IMG/VR virus record: IMGVR_UViG_3300032007_001727
DNA length: 64,000 nt
From: a virus
Lineage: Duplodnaviria > Caudoviricetes
Reading direction: 5' to 3' (one strand)
Every line of letters begins with the position of its first letter. The first letter of the stretch is position 1. Shown here in pieces: positions 59,801-64,000 of the stretch. The notes under the pieces were generated by a model. It made no database searches and was not told where the DNA came from. It was given only the letters and a program-made list of their open reading frames with translations. A program made the position numbers and the translations under genes.

Positions 59801-61831
59801 ATGGGACAAAGAATAAGACACCTAGAATATTATGGTTATGCCGACCAAAATGAGTACATTGGTTTTCCAAATGTTGATTTGAGTGACATTCGTGAGGTCA
59901 ACAAGGAACAAGACAAGGAAATCAGTGAGATTTCCGGTGCCACTAAGGATAAGGCTGATGTTGAAATGGTTGAACAACTCAGTGGCAAGGTCGAGACATT
60001 TGCTGACAGACAAGACGAAATCAATAAGTGGCTTGCAAAGGGCATCAAGAAGAATAAGCATAGGATAGAACTCTTGGAGGCTAGGGATACCGAAATAGTC
60101 GACAAGATTAATGAGGTTGCTGATAAGTTTGACCCGATATATGACGAGTTGGGCACACTATCCAATAACATTGACACAACCAATTCTAGACTTGATGAAC
60201 ACATTTCCTCAGAATCCGATTTTGAAGAAACTACCAATGAGAGGCTTGAGGCCCTTGAGAATCAGCACGAGGATAACATAACTAGAGAAGAGGCATATGC
60301 CACTTTCGCAAAGAAAGAGGATGTCTATACCAAGGATGAGGTAGATGACCTCATAGAAGGTATCGATGACAAGTATGCAACCAAGGATTGGGTCCTTGGG
60401 AGAGGATATATAACCGAGGAGGATGCAAATGCAAAGTATGCTAGCAAGGCTAGGCTTAACGCACTTGAAGACCGTGTAGGTGACATTCAGACAACGTTAT
60501 ATAATCAATATAACGCACTAAATGCCGACTTGTCGGAATTCAAGACCGTTACCAACTCTAGGATTGGCTCCTTGAACGAAAAGGTTAATACCTTGGAGAC
60601 AAAGTATGACAGAGAAATTGCCAACCTCCAAGAGGAAGATGCTGAATTAAGGGAAGATATTCAAGAGAACACGAATGCGATATATAACATCAACAACGTG
60701 GCACTCCCCAACAAGGCTGACAAGTCAGACTTGACGGTACTTTCATCTAGGGTTGACACACTCTCTACAAACTTGGCAAACAAGGTTGACAAGTCCGACT
60801 ATGAGAGGGACAAGGCTAGGTTCGGTGCTCAGTTGGATGCCTTGGACAACAGAAAGGCCGACAAGACCGCATTGAACGCATTGAGCGGTGCCATCGGTGA
60901 TGTTGCAGATGACCTTGCACAAGAGATTATCGACCGTCAGAACGGCGATATTGCCTTGGGTGAGAGAATCGACGGCGTGAACGAGGAAATCCGTGAGATT
61001 GAGATTGGTGACAGAGAAAGGGACATCAAGATATCCGGACTTGAGCGTGACTTGGCAAAGGAGATAAACGACCGCATCGAGGCAGATAACGCCATAATCG
61101 GAAGTCCTAGCGACAGAGAAGAGGATGCCACCATATACGGTGCAAAGAAATATGCCGACAAGGTGGCAAATAACGCACTCACACAAGCAAAGGCTTATAC
61201 GGACGTAAAGGACAGTGCCGTTAGGGACTATGTGGATGAGACTAGGGCCGAACTTGAGAGAGACATTACGGCAAAGGCTGACAAGGCTTATGTGAATGCG
61301 ATAAGAAATGAAATCGATGCCTCAGTTGATAGCAAGATAGCGGCAGAGAAGAGTAGGGCTGAAACTGCCGAGGCCGCACTTGAAGGCTCAGTGCTGCAAG
61401 AGACCATGAGGGCAACCGAGAGGGAGAGGATTATCTCTACCGCACTGACACATACTTCAAATATCGTAAAGGCACTTACTGATTGGGACGGTGATGACAG
61501 AGAAGACTATACCGACGAGGGTAATGGTATTATCGATGTAATGCACCGTGAGATACACGATATCGAGGAGACAATCAGTGCAATAACGCAAATCGGTGAA
61601 GGTATCAAGACTAGCAACAAGCATGAGGTCGGATTCGGTACCTATAACCAAACACATACCGGTATTGCAGATGCCGACAAGACTATGTTCTCAATAGGTA
61701 TCGGTACCTCCGAATTGGATAGGAAAAACGGCATAGAGATACGCAAGAACGGTGATATATACATGTGGGTTGAGGGTGAATACATAAGGATAAATAACTT
61801 TATCGGAATGTTGGTACACGAGACGTATTAA
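59801..61831 (+). CDS. coiled-coil fibre-like virion protein
   Basis: KAD/YATK repeats; C-terminal FSIGIGTS..DRKNGIEI..NGDIY adhesin-like motif. Confidence 0.7.
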   Translation: MGQRIRHLEYYGYADQNEYIGFPNVDLSDIREVNKEQDKEISEISGATKDKADVEMVEQLSGKVETFADRQDEINKWLAKGIKKNKHRIELLEARDTEIVDKINEVADKFDPIYDELGTLSNNIDTTNSRLDEHISSESDFEETTNERLEALENQHEDNITREEAYATFAKKEDVYTKDEVDDLIEGIDDKYATKDWVLGRGYITEEDANAKYASKARLNALEDRVGDIQTTLYNQYNALNADLSEFKTVTNSRIGSLNEKVNTLETKYDREIANLQEEDAELREDIQENTNAIYNINNVALPNKADKSDLTVLSSRVDTLSTNLANKVDKSDYERDKARFGAQLDALDNRKADKTALNALSGAIGDVADDLAQEIIDRQNGDIALGERIDGVNEEIREIEIGDRERDIKISGLERDLAKEINDRIEADNAIIGSPSDREEDATIYGAKKYADKVANNALTQAKAYTDVKDSAVRDYVDETRAELERDITAKADKAYVNAIRNEIDASVDSKIAAEKSRAETAEAALEGSVLQETMRATERERIISTALTHTSNIVKALTDWDGDDREDYTDEGNGIIDVMHREIHDIEETISAITQIGEGIKTSNKHEVGFGTYNQTHTGIADADKTMFSIGIGTSELDRKNGIEIRKNGDIYMWVEGEYIRINNFIGMLVHETY

Positions 61832-61881
61832 TCAAGTTAAAATAAAAAAATTAAATAAAAACTCAAAAATATTGCAATATT

Positions 61882-64000
61882 ATGGGAAAGTACAGAATGA
61901 TTGAACCTTGGGGTTACCAAGAGGAAAATGACTATGTGAGCAAGAAATCTCAGATTGACCAAGAACTAGACAAGAACCGCAAGAATGACGAGAAGGAGTT
62001 TGCTAGTATCGATGAGTTGAGTGAAGGTTCACTTGCTGATGCAAAGTATGATAAGGAATCAGAGTCTCTTATTTTCTATAACAAGGACGGTGAGGCAAAG
62101 GCCACGGTTCCAATGACAGACATCATACCTTCAGACTTGGTTAAGAGTGTGGAGTATGACGAGGATGCAAAGAAGATTATCATCACTTTTGACAATGATG
62201 ACACGATTGAGATTCCGGTTGAGGATTTGGCAAACGTGGTTGAGGCCGGTGACGGTCTTAAGTCAGAGAGCGTTGGTGGTTCTGACGTATTCAGCGTATT
62301 TGCTGATGAGAACGGTGAGAAGAGTTATGTTGACAATGAGCCTTATATTGAGGTTTCTTCCAACGGTGTGAATGTCAAGGGTATTAACTTGGCGGTTTCA
62401 ACCGAGAAGGACCGGGCTGAGGCCGTTGAACAAGAGTTGGATGCCAAGATAGACACTGAAAAGAATGACAGAGAGGGTGCAGATGCCCAACTTTCAGAGG
62501 CAATCGAGGCCGTTGATGCAAAGGTTGATGCAATTGACCTTGCTCCTTATGCTACCATGCAATGGGTCGAGGACAAGCATTATCTCACGGAGCACCAAGA
62601 TATCTCCAACCTTGCAACCAAGGATGAAGTTGCTGCCGTTGATGCAAAGGTGGATGCCATTGATTTAACTCCTTATGCTACCAAGACAGAGGTCGAGGCA
62701 GTTGATGCAAAGGTAGATGCTGTTGACGCAAAGGTTGACGCAATTGACCTCACTCCTTATGCCACCAAGACAGAGGTTGAGGCAGTTGATGCAAAGGTGG
62801 ATGCAGAGGAGACTGCTAGAAAGGAAGACGCAATCGCTTCAGTTGAATATGTTAAGGCTGATGTTAAGATGTATTTCAAGAATGCAAACGGTGTCGTTGT
62901 TTCCGAGGTCGGAGTTGACGATTTCATCAAGGATGGTATGTTGGAAGATGCTGAAATAGTTGAAGAGGGTGGCGTTAAGTACCTCAGACTTACTTTGAAT
63001 ACTGACGGTGAGAGCAAGGTTATTGATATTGCTGTTGCTGATATTTTCAATCCGGACTTGTATTATACAAAGACCGAGAGCGATGCAATGTATGGCACAA
63101 AGGCCGAGGTTGCTGCCGTGGATGCAAAGGTTGACGCAATTGACCTCACTCCTTATGCCACCAAGACAGAGGTTGAGGCAGTTGACGCAAAGGTGGATGC
63201 TATCGATTTAACTCCTTATGCCAAGGAGGCTGATGTTGAGGCTAGTTTGGCATTAAAGGCTGACAAGACCGAGATTCCAACCGATTTCTATACTCAAGAG
63301 GAAGTTAATGTGATGATGTCCGAACTCTTGACTAGAATTGAGAACGTAGAATCAAACGTTGGTGTGGTTGTCGCTAGTTCTGCTGCCGATATTGCTGCCG
63401 CTGCCGTTGGTTCTAACTTGGTAGTTACTTCTGCCGAGGCCATTGAGGCTATGACCGCAAACAAGGAGTATTCTACGGTTACCATCGTTGGTGGTACAAT
63501 GAATGCCGACATGAAGGCAATAGCAAGCGAAAAGGTTACGGTTGACGGTTTGGGCGTTAACGGTGGAAAGGGTGCCTCGAACGGCAAGATGCAGATTTCT
63601 GCCGATACGGTGGCAATCAAGAACGTAACGATTGCAACCGGTACCACCGCATACAACGTATTCGAGTCTTCTCAGAACACGGCAAATACAAGTTATTTCA
63701 CCGAATCCTATGTTGCTGAGAACATTATGTGTGACAACACTCAGTTGAACCACAACATCTTCAATATCTATACCTTCAAGGACAACGCAACCGTTACCAT
63801 CAAGGATTCTTATTTCAACCTCGATGTTGATTCCTCGAATGCATTGAGGGTTGCAAACTATACAAATGCCGAGAACGTTACCATTGAGTTTGAGAATGTT
63901 GAATGGACCTACGAGAATAGCCCGGGTACTGATTGGGGTTGGGCAGGACTTGTTATCTATCAACCCGCCTCTTCCGATGTCGCATTGAACGGTGATATGA
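61882..64000 (+). CDS. fibre-like virion protein, 3'-truncated by the window edge
   Basis: Open from ATG 61882 (MGKYRMIEPWGYQEENDY); absent from the ORF track; beta-helix-like distal part. Confidence 0.75.
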   Translation, partial: MGKYRMIEPWGYQEENDYVSKKSQIDQELDKNRKNDEKEFASIDELSEGSLADAKYDKESESLIFYNKDGEAKATVPMTDIIPSDLVKSVEYDEDAKKIIITFDNDDTIEIPVEDLANVVEAGDGLKSESVGGSDVFSVFADENGEKSYVDNEPYIEVSSNGVNVKGINLAVSTEKDRAEAVEQELDAKIDTEKNDREGADAQLSEAIEAVDAKVDAIDLAPYATMQWVEDKHYLTEHQDISNLATKDEVAAVDAKVDAIDLTPYATKTEVEAVDAKVDAVDAKVDAIDLTPYATKTEVEAVDAKVDAEETARKEDAIASVEYVKADVKMYFKNANGVVVSEVGVDDFIKDGMLEDAEIVEEGGVKYLRLTLNTDGESKVIDIAVADIFNPDLYYTKTESDAMYGTKAEVAAVDAKVDAIDLTPYATKTEVEAVDAKVDAIDLTPYAKEADVEASLALKADKTEIPTDFYTQEEVNVMMSELLTRIENVESNVGVVVASSAADIAAAAVGSNLVVTSAEAIEAMTANKEYSTVTIVGGTMNADMKAIASEKVTVDGLGVNGGKGASNGKMQISADTVAIKNVTIATGTTAYNVFESSQNTANTSYFTESYVAENIMCDNTQLNHNIFNIYTFKDNATVTIKDSYFNLDVDSSNALRVANYTNAENVTIEFENVEWTYENSPGTDWGWAGLVIYQPASSDVALNGDM
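62512..63225 (+). repeat. intragenic ~63-bp repeats (VDAKVDAIDLTPYATKTEVEA), about five copies in two clusters
   Basis: Near-identical gatgcaaaggttgacgcaattgacctcactccttatgccaccaagacagagg units. Confidence 0.8.

Noticed and set aside
916-63963. Numerous antisense/overlapping ORFs in the track (e.g. 4182-4880, 42380-43228, 47657-48286, 63352-63963)
   Set aside because: They are shadows of codon-biased genes on the opposite strand and have no motifs
1-64000. TAG-to-Gln recoding (code 15) as in Lak megaphages
   Set aside because: Genes are full-length in code 11, and TAG ends several genes (17807, 18954, 34407, 40115, 48545)
1-64000. tRNA or rRNA genes
   Set aside because: No cloverleaf/T-loop signature was seen in any intergenic region

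Overview
A 64-kb segment of a large, AT-rich, T4-like (jumbo/megaphage-type) myovirus genome in the standard genetic code. The host is most likely Bacteroidota (TAnnTTTG promoters, no Shine-Dalgarno motifs, BspA-LRR and FISUMP domains). The window holds a head module (gp21-like protease, gp22-like scaffold, gp23-like major capsid protein, gp14-like neck), a baseplate spike, a gp55-like late sigma factor, an SNF2 helicase, four glycosyltransferases, a GMP reductase/IMPDH, five large coiled-coil fibre-like proteins and several free-standing homing endonucleases. Four features stand out. (1) The family-B DNA polymerase is fractured inside catalytic motif C into two genes, which carry the halves of a naturally split intein and flank a free-standing endonuclease gene. 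(2) A non-autonomous IS1595-family element (25-bp TIRs, 8-bp TSD) has lost most of its transposase and instead carries an intact tnpB and a gene with a putative capsid-targeting leader, each behind a phage late-promoter motif. (3) Two paralogous BspA-like LRR genes have poly-C tracts at the same position, one in frame (C11) and one frameshifted (C12), which suggests phase variation. (4) A portable promoter + 'RLTESDLHRIVKESV' leader cassette is fused to unrelated cargo domains. All assignments come from manual motif recognition; no searches were run.
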